The notes under the pieces: model-generated
What the model saw: the letters and a program-made list of their open reading frames with translations, nothing else
The model's database searches: none
Told to the model about the DNA's origin: nothing
Translations under genes and position numbers: made by a program
Assembly (NCBI GenBank): GCA_964016885.1
Contig: OZ024740.1
Coordinates: 83,142,001 to 83,206,000 of the forward strand
DNA: 64,000 bases
Direction of reading: 5' to 3'
From: Eledone cirrhosa
Taxonomy: Eukaryota
Shown here: positions 37,058 to 50,663 of the stretch, one piece after another
How positions within the stretch are numbered: position 1 is the stretch's first letter
Layout: each line of letters starts with the position of its first letter

Positions 37058-37748
37058 TCTTTGAGTCACAGTCATTGATGTTAGTTAACTGGAAAGTTTG
37101 TTGAAATGAATATCAATCCACTACCTGCAGCCTCAGATATTCAGGACGTATCGGAGGGTTCTTGCGGTTCCCAGAAGCATGCCTTTTGAAGCGTTTCAAA
37201 AAGTGTGAAGGGGCCAATTTTCTTTAACCATCTCTGAAAACTTTTTGAGATAGTCCCCAGTGCGCCTATGACAATCGGGATCACTTTGACTTAATGGCAG
37301 TTCCAAATCCTTTTTACCTCCCACTTTAAGTCTTGGTATCGGTTAATTTTCACCCTCTCCTTCTCTTGCACTCTCGTGTCGAATGGGCAGGCCACATCCA
37401 CAATCAGGCACGATCTTTTTTCTTTGTCCACAACCACCAGGTCAGGTCTATTTTGTTCCAGTTTCTTGCCCGTCTGTATCCTAAAATCCCACAGCACCTT
37501 CACCTGATCGTTTTCTATCACCGCCTCTGGCTTATGCTCATACCACTTCTCAGAATGTGGTAAATTGTTTACTTTGCATAGGTGCCAGTGGATCACCCTG
37601 TCCATCACATCATGTCTCCAGCCCTTATAGTGAGTCTGGGCTAGGTGTTTACACTCGGATACAATGTGAGCCACAGTCTCCTCTCTCCCTCCACAGATCC
37701 TGCACAGTGGGCTAGCCTCCTCCTTGTAAATATGGTGTTTCACCCACT
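37058..37748 (-). mobile_element. Family B copy, 5'-truncated
   Basis: ORF 37291..37743 covers CCHC and RLE. It has (TAA)n on both sides. Confidence 0.9.
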
Positions 37749-38283
37749 TATTATTATTATTATTATTATTGTTATTAATATTATTATCTAATTATGGTTT
37801 GGTTTTGTAGTTTCCGAGGAATGTTATTCAAGACTAGAGAGCTCTACTGCCATTATTACTGTTGTTATTTTATATAAGACAAACACCTCGAATAGGAAAA
37901 CATCCTTTAATCCACTTCCACAATTCTCGAATATTTTTGTAAAATTCAGTGCACTACATAGAAACATCAACTACATAACATCCAATGTAAGCAACAGCAA
38001 TGTTTTGCTATATTTGATATTAAATTGATGGTATATCCAAACAGTTATTATAGGAACATAGGTGACGGTGTAGGTGTCTAAGACTTGTTGTTTATGGAAA
38101 GGGATTTAGTATATTATGTGAATTGAAATTGTGAAAAAAAAAACGATTGCAAATATGTTGATCTCTTTTACCTTTTTGTTTTTTCTTTGGAAGGATGTCA
38201 GAAAAGTATTGATATCATTAATATCTGTTCCGCCACGTCAATGATAGACGCCAATCTTTATGATGATAATCTTGATTACCACA

Positions 38284-38331
<48 letters not shown>

Positions 38332-38374
38332 TTTAGGAATAACCAAAGAGTGCTTAGAAATACATTGTTTTATT

Positions 38375-38421
38375 AGCTAACAGTGTTTCATCCGTACCCT
38401 AAGGCAGGAATCATCAGAGCC
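38375..38421 (-). ncRNA. Minimal type I hammerhead motif, probably in a Penelope-like pseudo-LTR next to (TA)n
   Basis: The minus strand reads GGCT-CTGATGA-TTCCTGCCTTAGGGTACGGAT-GAAACACTGTT-AGCT. Confidence 0.6.
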
Positions 38422-41342
38422 TATGAACAAGAGTATATCAATAGTTGCATGCTCCATCAGGCTGCGTCACCAGAACAAGGTTAAAGGACCAGCAGGGGGT
38501 CCCGAAGCCACCGCTATATAGAAAAAGACACAATACATGACGCATATAATGTCATAAAATGTCATAAAATATGTCATAGAAAATTACATCAAAGATCACA
38601 TCAAAATGTATCACTTAGATGGTGCACTCGATGATAAGGAGGTTGGGAGAGGGTAGCAAGGATTGAGTGACGGTGTTACTCAGCATGATCAAAAACAATA
38701 AAAAAAACAATATAAAACAGAGAAGCTAAAAACAAAAAACAAACAAACAAACAAAGCAATGTATAGATACATCAAAGCACAAGCAGTGTAAATACTGGAT
38801 GTACAGGCAGATTAAGAGAGCTTGCAAGGATAGTTGGTTAGCCGTGGTGCAGTTTTACATGTAGGAATGTCTATAGGATGGTTATATCGCCTTGTAACAG
38901 GTCGATCCTCCGTATCTTATCAGCACACTACGGACAACATCCATTGGTTCCAGTTCCGAGCGTTGTCTGGGCACATTGATATATTTGTCAACGAAACTAT
39001 ATATATACATATACATGTGTGTGTGGGGGGGGGGGGTATAAATATAGCTCTCAGTAGCGTTGAACAATCTGTAAGCAGCTTTCTGCGTCGGTCCCTGCAT
39101 AGACAGCATAACTTTTGTGATTATAGACTTGCATCCATTCACAGATACATACGCACATACATGTCTTTGTATCTTTAAATATATTCTCCCCCACCAAAAA
39201 AAAAAATAAAAAATGCATGCTTGTTGGGGTTGCCGCTTTGTGGTGTAGGTGAAAATTCAAAGCAGAAAATAAAGTTTAGAGCAAATATGCCGAAAACGGG
39301 CGCTAGATATCAGTCAAAGGCTCTGAAATAATCTTTCCTGTGGAGAAAACGAACAAGAGAAAATGTATAGAAGAATTCGAAGAATGAAGACGGGATGTAG
39401 ACCTCAGTGGTACTAGTTACACCAAATACAAATGGTGTCAGAGCAGAAAATGACGGTTAAGAGATAGGTTTTTAGTCAGCGCTTGAAGGAAAGGCCTACA
39501 ATATCTGCTCCATGTGTGCGGTGTTCATCATTAATTGACGATAAAAAACATTTTGAAAATAGGTCTGTAATTTAATATTATTCAAGAAAAATAAAGGAAT
39601 TGCTCACATGGCCATCTTGCCGACAATAAATATATATTTGTGAGTTCCATCAGAGGATCAGTTTACCTTTTCAATTATGCCTTGATTCTCATAATGTAGG
39701 AAGGTGCACAATATTTCAGAGACAGGTACAGAAGGTTTATTCTATCACTTTTGATTAGCTCACTAAATGTTTCTCCTTAATATGGATTCATAAGCCACAT
39801 ACACTAAAATTATTTTCTGTTACTATGTGATAAAGTTTGAAATGTTACACGATTGCATACGCTGACATTAATAATAATGTTATTTGTTGCTTATGTTAGG
39901 TAAAGACGCAACGTGTTGATGATGGTGACAGGGATGGATACAGTGATGGTAACAGTGATGTTGATGATGATATAAATAACAAAAATTATGAAATGAAGTG
40001 CTTCTTATAAATATTTACATTCAAATCTGCCCCGAACCCCTTATACAGTTAGCAATATCGTTATTTTGCATTTTAGGGAAATATTGATCAGCTATGCTGA
40101 TGACTTAATCAAAGTCTATCCAGATCGATGAGACTTGTACTCATCATTATAACCTGGTTGTCTTTTTCACAAGCACAATAAATCCAATTCTACATAATAC
40201 AGTGAGATCTTTCCATGCTTGTAATTTATGACTCGATATATTTGGCCGCAAATTTAAGAGAACACGTAAACGCTGTCTATTTATCTCTTGATCTTTCCAT
40301 CGCTGTTTTTATTTTAATGGTACCATTTCTATGTATTCAGCAGTCATTTTAGGATTACAAAAGCCAGAATATGATATTTCCAATAAATTATAGCGTACGT
40401 CAAATGTGTGTTTTTGTAATTATACTATACTCAAATTCGTTTGTTGTGAACAGATAAATGACTGATTATTATATATTTGTCGAAGATTGTCTAGCAGTGT
40501 TTGTAGGTTTTATGTGATATTAGCCAGAATTCTCACGAAGCACACGTGCTTTGCAAACGAAATTTTATTTTATTATATCGTGTATAATTATATATTAGTA
40601 GATAGTTTGAAATAGGAAAAAAACTCTGGCCACTGGAAGCTGTCGTCGGGAAAGCAATATATACAGTAACATTGTTATCACATGGTTCTAAAAGGGAAAG
40701 AAAAAGTTATTCATGCATTAAGGAAGAGTAGATAAATGGAGTATGCATAATTACGCATACTGAATTTAAGGGATATAAAGAAGATCGATATGCATTTCCG
40801 TAAATACTTGACGCTTTAGAAGGAGTAATATCGAAATACTTTTAAATCAAAGAATATATAGTGTCTGGTATCGATAGTAGGGGTTCAAATATGAAAATGC
40901 GTATCTTTAAATAACTGTTAGAATAATTGAACTTGTGAGTCATGGCATTAAAGTGTAGTATTCATGTTATTTCTTAGAAACGTGGAACCATAATCTAATA
41001 TCCACATAAATCAATAAGCCGAAATGCGTGAAAAATTTATTTATTTGCAAGATGTGTACCGGTCATCATATGGATTTATGCCATCGATAACCTGAGAAAC
41101 AAAAGACTGATGGATGGCATAAAGGTCAGTGAGGAAGAGCATAAGAATAAGATGATGAGCTTAAAGGAGAAGGTAGAAGATAGGGAAACAAGAAGAGAGA
41201 GAGAGAGGGGGGGGCATACAAGGATAGAAGGTGAAATAGAGGAAAGAGAGGGTCACGCCAATAATGTCGAAAAACACGCAAGTTTTCCTCTCCATTTTTT
41301 GGTTTTGATTTCGCTTCACATAACCCACCATCCACCACCAGC

Positions 41343-41640
41343 AGCTGATTATACAGAGCGATTGCCGGTCCAGCAAAAATGAGGAATTAGGATTGGTGCT
41401 ATGAAATAGCGATGTATACATGAATGTATGTATCGTATATTTGGCAACATAGCGTATGTTGTAAGTGACATAATCACTACTTTAAAACTGATAGCGTATG
41501 GTCTTCTAAATGTGTTTAAATAAACATACGGTATATTGGCAAATATACTATACATACATTCATGTATTCATCGCTATTTCAGAGGACCAATCCTAATTCC
41601 TAATTTTTGCTGGACCGGCAATCGCTTTGTATAATCAGCT
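41343..41640. repeat. Foldback or MITE-like inverted repeat, arms about 90 bp, spacer about 118 bp
   Basis: The arm agctgattatacagagcgattgccggtccagcaaaaat.. pairs with ..atttttgctggaccggcaatcgctttgtataatcagct. Confidence 0.9.
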
Positions 41641-41762
41641 TCTGATTATTTATCGGCGGAAGCAGGTGGGTTCGTGGTTCACATACACGCACAGACACAC
41701 GGAAACACACACACAAATACAGACACAGACACGCACACATGTATATATACAATTATTTATTT

Positions 41763-41827
<65 letters not shown>

Positions 41828-42003
41828 TAAACGGAATAGAAAATGCTGACAAATTGTTCACAGTTGAAAAATGGTTTAATTAGGAATAAAAGAGTATTAG
41901 TGATTGTATGGGTTAGTATTCAGTTGTGGTTTTAATTTTTTAAGTTTTTACCGGTTGCGCATTTCTAAATGCTTTTCAAAAATAATTTTGAGATAGAGTG
42001 TCC

Positions 42004-42295
42004 GTGCTGTTTGCTCTGATATATATTGTTATACTTGGGGAGGGTCATATGTTTGTCATAATATTCCCAGAAATAATAACAGAACACACTCAGTGCTGTT
42101 TGCTCTGATATATATTGTTATACTTGGGGAGGGTCATATGTTTGTCATAATATTCCCAGAAATAATAACAGAACACACTCAGTGAGTGTGTTCTGTTATT
42201 ATTTCTGGCAATATTATTACAACAATATGACCCTCCCCAAGAATAACAATATTTGTTTCGTCACACGATTTCATATCAAAAGCCTCGCAAAACAA
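42004..42295. repeat. Tandem duplication of about 89 bp followed by an inverted copy (palindrome centred near 42182)
   Basis: tgttatacttggggagggtcat..cagaacacactca occurs twice, then its reverse complement. It is the same family as 46870-47602. Confidence 0.9.
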
Positions 42296-42554
42296 ATATA
42301 TATATATTAAAAAAGGAAAAATAATTACTTGTAAACAATTTTATTTAATTTTATAATATTTGTTAACTTCGGTGCGGTGATGTGTAACATTCCTGGAGAA
42401 CTTTCTCGCATACATCGGTGGCAATTGTTACACTGATCTCAGGTTGTGCAGTGATGTGTGATTCTATATATGAGAGATTTGGATGTGTCAGAGTGGGGAT
42501 TGTTAATGTTGTGTTGGAGTGAAGGAGTTTTGGTGAAGATTTAAAGGAATTAAA

Positions 42555-42601
<47 letters not shown>

Positions 42602-43479
42602 AAATTAGAGGATGATAATTGATTGGGAATGGGGAAATGGGTGGTGTTGGAGTGTTTAAGGAGTGTTTTATAAAGGTGTTGTAAAGGTGCCCTCATGCTG
42701 GTTTTATTTCAATAAATGACCTTTAATGAATATAATGGAAGGATGTTTTTCAAATTCTTTGGTTATAGCTGAACAGCAAATATCTTAAATTTATAAAGAA
42801 TAAATTGAACAATTTCCTGTATTAAAGATGAATTTGAGTGTGCGTCTGCTGCGATAATGAGGTGTAGGGAGACGTGTTTTGCTAAAAAATAGGTTGACAA
42901 CAAAGAAAAAAGTAAGGATAGTTTTGGAATATTTGTTGATAGAAATGTATGTTGTTGAAATTGCTTTGTGAGATGAGGTGGGGATCAAGCTTGCACACAT
43001 ATTTACTTCCCTACAAGTAAACATACATCAGCCCACATATATATATAATTATATACAAACACACACACACATATATACACACACGCACATATATCCACAT
43101 ACATACACATATTTACGCATATATGCATATGTATATACATACGTATATATGTATACACACACGTATATATATATACACACATACATGTATATATACATAC
43201 ACTCACATGCATACACGTACCTGTACACATACAGACATACATACATATACGTAAATACATATCTATACACACATAAGTATATCTTCTGAAATATTTAAGT
43301 TCAAATATACATTGGATGAAGGGTATATTAGCGAAATGGTAGTGTACCTCCGTGGGTTTTTCACTTCAACGATGAAATGTTTGAAAGTGCGGGTGTCATC
43401 CACTTCTATTTGGATATTTTTTTCTTTTTTAGATGTGCGAGAATCCCGTTATTTGGAGATGGAATTTCATTTTCTATTT

Positions 43480-43795
43480 TTTTTTGTATGTGTTCAGTAG
43501 CGGTTTGTACATACTAATGAAGAATTCTTCTTCATATTTCCGGAAATGTTCGTTGTCCGACCATATCTTAAAGATGGGGGAGATTTGCATTTTCACTTTC
43601 CACATGCTGTGAAGTGTTCACTGCATGTGGTGCTTCTAACAGAGGGGTCTCTAAATTGATGTTTACGTAAACGAACTCTGTCATGGAGACCCGTCCCATT
43701 GTCACCATTGTAGTATTCTTTACATTGTGGGCAGGTTACACAATAAATTAAGTTTTTTTGTTTTGCAATTCATGTTTGCATTACCTTTGAAAATC
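43480..43795 (-). mobile_element. Decayed GIY-YIG domain of a Penelope-like element
   Basis: The reverse strand gives MNCKTK..IYCVTCPQCKEYYNGDNGTGLHDRVRLRKHQFRDP..CSEHFTACG. Confidence 0.65.
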
Positions 43796-43977
43796 TCAGC
43801 ACACAAATAAAAATATATATCTCTATTTTCTTTATTTCAATAGAACGTCTGAATTTTAACACCCCAGCACATCAGACATACTCACTGAACCAGAACAATT
43901 CTCCCCATCCCTTTTTTCTTGACTATTATATTTTCTATGGCTCAACATTCTCTAAATGGCTACAAAGAATTCCCAAA

Positions 43978-44285
43978 TACGGCGGCGAAATCTAATGTTC
44001 GTATTCACTTGACAGTCATAACCAATCAAATTACAACTATAGAAAAAACTTTTTTGAGACACTTGTTTAAGTGAAAAGATCCCTCAAACACGAACTGGCG
44101 CGAAAGTTGATGTGTTTATTCACGTAACTGCATCAACCAACCAAATTCCACTCAATATGAAAAAACAATCTGAGTCCCACCCCCCTTTTTTTAAAGGCAA
44201 TTATAATAAGAACTTTGCAACGCAAATTGGCGCGAAATTTAATAAACTTATTCTCGTGACAGTCATTAACCTACCAAATTACTAA
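43978..44285. repeat. Three diverged units of about 115-130 bp, each GGCGCGAAA..tattc..ccaa(t/c)caaatt
   Basis: The units start near 43981, 44097 and 44228. Confidence 0.7.
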
Positions 44286-44489
44286 AAGAATTCTAAAAAA
44301 ACCTAGCGTTTCGAGCCACTTTTTTCCACATAGAACAGAAGTAACATTCGAACACCAACCAGATCCATCTCAATTCTACTTTTGAAAAGCATAAAAAATG
44401 CGAAACCGGTAAAGGAACCAAATAAATACTCTGAAAAGACTCCAGTTGCATTTTAGGTTTCATCTTTTCTCATTATATATATATATATA

Positions 44490-45430
44490 ATGATAAACAA
44501 CTAAACAACATTAACAATAACATACAATTCACAAGGGTATCCAACTCTAAGGAATTAGCCTTCCTGGATATCCTTATTTAAAAAGAAACCAGATGGTTAA
44601 ATGCAAACAGACATCGTTTATAAAGCTCCAAACAATACTTCCTCTTCACAGCAAATCACCCAAAGAATACAAAACTGAACATTCCTTCTAATTTAGCCAA
44701 AGGTATATGCACCATAGTATCAGACCTAGCTAAACGGGAATAAAGACTAAATGGACTAAACAACACACTTACGTTAAGAGATCATCCCACTTCATATAAT
44801 TAAAAACGGAATAGACAAAGCAAAACACGCAAATTTACATCAAGCCAACAACGCAAAGCACAGAACCAGAAACAATACTTTACCATATGTATCCACTTTG
44901 AATCCCAGAATCACCGAAATGTTCGATCTCCCACACAAAAATCTCCCCATTCTATTTAAAGATGAAAAAAATGAAAAAAAGCCCTAGAAACACATTCTAA
45001 AACACATTCTCACTGGAACAAATATACACAAACCAATCTCCAGCCTTACGATAACAAAATGTGGAAGAACAAACTGTGGCACATGCCTACACTTAATTGA
45101 AGAAGAACAATTCACGTTTAAAGATGGCCAAACTTTGACAGTGAAAAACAACTTTACTTGTAACTCAGAGAACATGATCTACGTAATCAGATGCAATGGC
45201 TGTCGACATAGCCTATAGGACAGACGGGTGTGTCATTACGCAAAAGTATGACGATCCATCGCCAACAGTTCTCCTTAGGTAGCCACATTGCAGATTGTGC
45301 AGGAATGACCTTACCCAACGTTAATATCTTCCCCCTTTAAAAGTGCCGCGATTCTTTCACTTTACAACAAAGAATATATAAATAAAAACTATTTATTAAC
45401 AAATTTAAATCCAAATTAAGTAAGATTATG
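44490..45430 (+). mobile_element. Decayed Penelope-like element (RT thumb plus GIY-YIG)
   Basis: Hand translation gives NIQFT..ELAFLDILI..TDIVYK..NHPKNTKLNIPSNLAKGICTIVSD, then KCGRTNCGTC..FTCNSENMIYVIRCNGC..IGQTG. Confidence 0.8.
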
Positions 45431-46482
45431 TAAGATTAGATTCTCTTTCTCTCCCCCACACACACGAAGCCCCACACACATACACAAACGCGCGCACACC
45501 ACGAAATAAGAGATAAAAAATTGCTCATATACATATTTTCCAAAACATCCTGATTGAAAGCCACCACTAATGATCTGCTCTGTTTTTTATTAATTTCCTA
45601 CCGCAAAGGGATCGGTGACAGACAATCTGAAGCACCCCACCCCCCACCCGACGCACACACAAACATGTGTTTATGTTATACATACACTCTCACACGTACA
45701 TACACTCTCTAAAACCATATTCCAAGAATATAATTTCTTTTAGAACCCTACTCTTTCGAATCCCATAGAATTTGCCTCTAGTTTACAATTCCCCCATCTC
45801 GCCACCCCCAACTGAACTCTTGACCAGTCCATTAACACAATTGAAATACACACATATTTACAGAATATTTCCTTTGTCCATAAAAACAATTTTGTTCTAT
45901 ACAAAAACACACCTACCACCACTGTTGCTACTACTTTATAACTACGCCCCTCTCTCTATAGACAAGAGTTCATTTTCTAACAAGGAAAAACTTACCTCAA
46001 CACTTCATCTTTAAATTTTAAATGTTTAATTTTTAGTTTTTAATTCTTATTACTTCTCTTTAATTGTAATGCTCAAATTACATATCACTTATATTATGAA
46101 CCATGGTTCATAATATAATGTGCAGTCTACACTGTATAAATTTCAAATTTACCACTAGTATATTCTTCCAAAATACATTTTAATACGACCGACACCATAT
46201 TGTTTGAACTATGATATTTGTTAACTACATTTTTTTAACTATGATTTGTTAAATCTCATTTATTTTAATATGTTGATAAGTGATATATGTTATCTGTTTT
46301 TTCTTGAATGATTTGTACATTTATTGAACTCTGATGACAACTATAATTTATCCTAACTGATATCCAATAGTTAAATAAAGTAATGTGATATATGTGGTAT
46401 ATTATTATGGAAATAAACAATTATCAGTGATCAAATGCCATGAACTATTCATTTTCGGCTTGTAAGCAAATTGTAAATGTAC

Positions 46483-46562
<80 letters not shown>

Positions 46563-46608
46563 AGATAAATCTACCAAAATATACGGTAGTTTCCAATCCG
46601 TATATATG

Positions 46609-46765
46609 CTGAAGACAGCATATATATGTGTAGGTATGTATATTCACACTGATAGTTTGTAAATTTTTTTACATAGATCTATATGATACACATACAACAC
46701 ACACATATATATCCTAGAAACGATCGTAAAATGATAAATTTTTTTAATATAAGGAACTGTTTCTT
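46609..46765 (+). repeat. Diverged copy of the long-stem-II hammerhead-bearing repeat at 58168-58351
   Basis: It reads CTGAAGA-cagcatatatatgtg...cacatatatatccta-GAAACGATCGTA. Stem I is disrupted. Confidence 0.6.
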
Positions 46766-46869
46766 TGTTTTTATTCATTGTTTTTATTAATTTATATATA
46801 TATATATATAGCGGCGATGAATTAGTTTAGCGAGGTTTTTTATATGAAATCGTGTGTCGAAACAAATAG

Positions 46870-47598
46870 TGTTATACTTGGGGAGGGTCATATTTGTGTA
46901 ATATTGCCAGAATTAATAACAGAACACACTCACTGTTTGGTTGGTTTTCGCTTCTCGCTGTCATTTATATCTGTAATCTAGCTTACTCGGTCCTCAATGT
47001 TGCCATTGACTGGCCGACGGTCAAAAATATTACAGATACAATATAGACATAAACACATATATATAGTTTACATAATTTACATAAATCTTTCCTTGCACAT
47101 CTGCAACATAGCCAGTGGTGTTATATTTTCCTCCTGTTGTGTTGTATGTCTACGCCATTTTTTATTCAGTCTGTCTATATATTTATTTATTTATTTGCTT
47201 GTTTGTTTATTTTATTTTGTCTTCTTTGCGCATGCGTTTGCGTGTGTGTATAGTGTTATGTCTGCTGTGTGACTAGTGTGTATAGTGTTATGTTTGCTGG
47301 GTGACTAGTGTGTGTTTATATGCTTGTTGCGACAACAGGAGGAAAATATAACACCAGTGACGATTTTGCAGATATGCAACGAAAGATTTATATAAATTAT
47401 GTAAACTATATATATGTGTTTGTGTCTATATTGTATCTGTATTATTTTTGACCGTCGGTCAGTCAATGGCAACATTGAGGACCGAGTAAGCTAGATTACA
47501 GATAGAAAAGACAGCGAGAAGCGAAAACCAACCAAACAGTGAGTGTGTTCTGTTATTAATTCTGGCAATATTACACAAATATGACCCTCCCCGAGTAT

Positions 47599-47602
<4 letters not shown>
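46870..47602. mobile_element. Foldback element with inverted arms of about 270 bp and a spacer of about 190 bp
   Basis: 46870-47140 is the near-perfect reverse complement of 47332-47602. The termini are TGTTATACTTGGGGAGGGTCAT and ATGACCCTCCCCGAGTATAACA. Confidence 0.9.
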
Positions 47603-47650
<48 letters not shown>

Positions 47651-47654
47651 TTAT

Positions 47655-48570
47655 ATATCACCCCTAGAGGTGAATTAGCTTACACATTTACAAGGGCCCT
47701 AGATAAACATAAACTTAATATTAAGATAGTAGAAAGACCAGGTACCTCCATAAAAACACATATTAGCAATACATACCCTTTTCAAAGACCTCCCTGTATA
47801 GATAAGAAATGCATAATCTGTAAACTAAGCCCCCATATTAACTGTAAAACTAGAAATGTAGTATATAGCAAAGATGTACTGAAGGACAATGTAAAGATAA
47901 GAATATAGTGTACATAGGTGAGACGGCTCGTAGTATAGGAGTACAGTTAAATGAATACTGGCGAGAGCTTCAAGATAGAAAAGAATCATCTGTACTCCAC
48001 CAACATGCTAAAATAGAACATAAGGGCAAATTAGAGAACATAGGAATAAAAATAGAATCTACACACAGAAAAGACGCAATGTTTAGACAAATCACAGAGG
48101 CAATAAACATAAATGAACTCCAACCAAAATTAAATAGAAAACATCAATGGAATAGCAACATCACAACTTACAATTAAGGACAAAATTAAAACACACATAC
48201 ACATAGAACAAACAACCAACCAGTTACATGTAAATAAACAAATAAATAAACAAATATAAACACACACAGACTCCCGGATGTAACACATACGCAATCTAAG
48301 CACACAACACACAGAAAAACAAGATGGCGTAGGACAGAACAAAGGAGAGGCACAAAACAAAGAAAAGAATCCCCAGTCACTATAAGATGGTCACAGAATC
48401 TGTGACGAAAGAACTTTGACAATATATGAACAACCGTCTGATTATGGAACCAAACAACCGGAAATTTATAATTTCTTAAATTTATGAATTGAATTTATAA
48501 TAAATTGGGGTGCAATCGACTGGTGCGTGTGTTTCTTATTGGCAACATGACCCTCCCAAAGCATAACATT
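47655..48570 (+). mobile_element. Penelope-like element 3' part (GIY-YIG plus downstream pseudo-LTR), bounded by (TA)n
   Basis: It encodes KIVERPGTSI..CIICK..NCKTRNVVY..YIGETARS..SVLHQHA..FRQITEAININELQPKLNRK. Confidence 0.82.
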
Positions 48571-48596
48571 ATATATATATGTATGTATGTATAGCT

Positions 48597-48636
<40 letters not shown>

Positions 48637-49647
48637 GGAGAGAGAGAGAGAGAGAGAGAGAGAAAGAAAGTGTGAGAGAGAATCAGAATTACTTATTGCC
48701 CAGTTTTCCCATATGATAATAATGGGCTAACTTCCTTTAACGTCTTCTGTCTCATTTTTAAACTTCGAAGGAAGGCGAAATGTCCGAAACAATGGCAGTT
48801 GTTTTCCACACAAAACTAATACTTTATTGTTCCATTGTATTTCTACCATGTTTTACGTCGTTGGGTGGCAATTGTGTCATTTTAAACAAGACAACTTGAG
48901 GATACTCGTTATCGGATAACACTGCACGATGTTAAATCTATGAATGATATTGAAATAATTTACACATCACAGCTTGTATTTTGTTGTTCAAAAATACATT
49001 ATTTCAAGTAGAATAAATGGAAAAAGCTTTGCAATAACATAAATATTTTACATATTTGTGATTACATTCTGATTCTTAATGCATTTATTTCCATATTTTC
49101 TAAAATAAAAGATAATTGATAAAACATTTATGAATGCTTTCCATTTGAATTTTCGATTTCTTACAGACTATCCTACAATATTTAAACATGTTCTTGGTTC
49201 AAAACGCACTTGAATTAGAAACATATCAACGCATATGTAAGTGTCATTTAATAATTCTAATGTAATATTTTCAATTAATTTAATTTGTGATTGACGCATG
49301 TATAGTTTCCAAATTTAGTATGTTTAAATTGATATTTCTCATAAATATTTTAACTTAGGCTTTTCAATAATGAAACTAAAGTTTTGAAAACAAGTGAATA
49401 TTAACATAATTCTGTTTAACAAAGTTAACATATTGTTATCGTGTTAATAATATTGCAATGTAAATTGAGTTAATGTTTTACACGTTGAAATCTGTTTTTA
49501 CTAATGATATTACACTATTATTGAAGCTTTCTCTTATCTCAAGTGTACTCAATAAATGTTATCTTTATACATCTGGCTACTCACACAAACACACACGTAC
49601 GCACGCGCACAAACACACATACACTCACACAAACACAAACACACACA

Positions 49648-49777
<130 letters not shown>

Positions 49778-49888
49778 CATATTGTATATGAATTTTGTTC
49801 GAATATGGTAATATGTAAATGCCTCTATATGTCAATGCCATAGATGCATATTCATATACATATACATGGACATACACATAAATTGTAT

Positions 49889-50663
49889 TCACCTGCTGAT
49901 AGGTGTTATATTGCCATAGAGATCCTTATTTGTTGGGTGTTCTCTACAAGACACGTTTAAAGCAGCACGGAGCATACGTGTGTATGCCCCGTCTAGCTTT
50001 TTCTCCAGTTTCGACGTTAGCATCCAAGTGATAGAGCCATGAACAAGCACAGATTCCACAGCAGCTCTGAAGAAATTCCTTCTCAGTTTGGCCGACATGT
50101 TTGATTTCCATATCTTTTCCATGTCATTCAATGCTCCCCAGGCTTTTCCCAGTCTGATGTTAACATCATGTTCTGTGGAGGCGATATAGCTACCCAGGTA
50201 TTTGAAATCATCAAATGGCTTGATTATATCGCCGTTTAGACTTCGCATACCAACTGAGGAGTCTTGGTTCAGGCAAATATATTCTGTTTTGCCTGCGTTG
50301 ACATAGAGTCCGATTTCCTTTGCAACTGATTCGATGTTGTGAAGTAGTGATGTTGCATCCTTAAGGTAGTCAGCGAGGACCGCTAAATCATCCGCATAAT
50401 CAGCATCGGTGATTTTCTGAGCTGCATGGCGTCTACACTTTCGCTTTGTGAGAGTGAAACCAAGCTCTAAGTTTTCGTCCAGGGCTTTTCTCAATACATA
50501 GTCGAGGCAGACGATAAAAATATTTGGCGCAAGGGTATCCTCTGGGAGTACACTTGCACTGATGTCAAAGAAGTTGGTATCTCCATCAGGTGAGCACACC
50601 ATTACGCGGGTGTTTTTATATAACATCATGATGGCATTTACTGTTTCCCTTGGCAAGCCGTAG
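49889..50663 (-). mobile_element. RTE-clade retrotransposon RT fragment
   Basis: A 255-aa ORF contains DTLAP.IF..CLDYVLR, DADYADDLA, GLYVNAGKTE, FKYLGS and VESVLVHG. Confidence 0.88.

Noticed and set aside
38830-41400. Possible host exons (for example ORFs 38834..39178 and 41110..41382)
   Set aside because: I found no recognisable domain or convincing splice pattern. Small exons cannot be excluded without RNA-seq.
42700-43024. Possible further PLE fragment on the minus strand
   Set aside because: No diagnostic motif could be recovered by hand translation.
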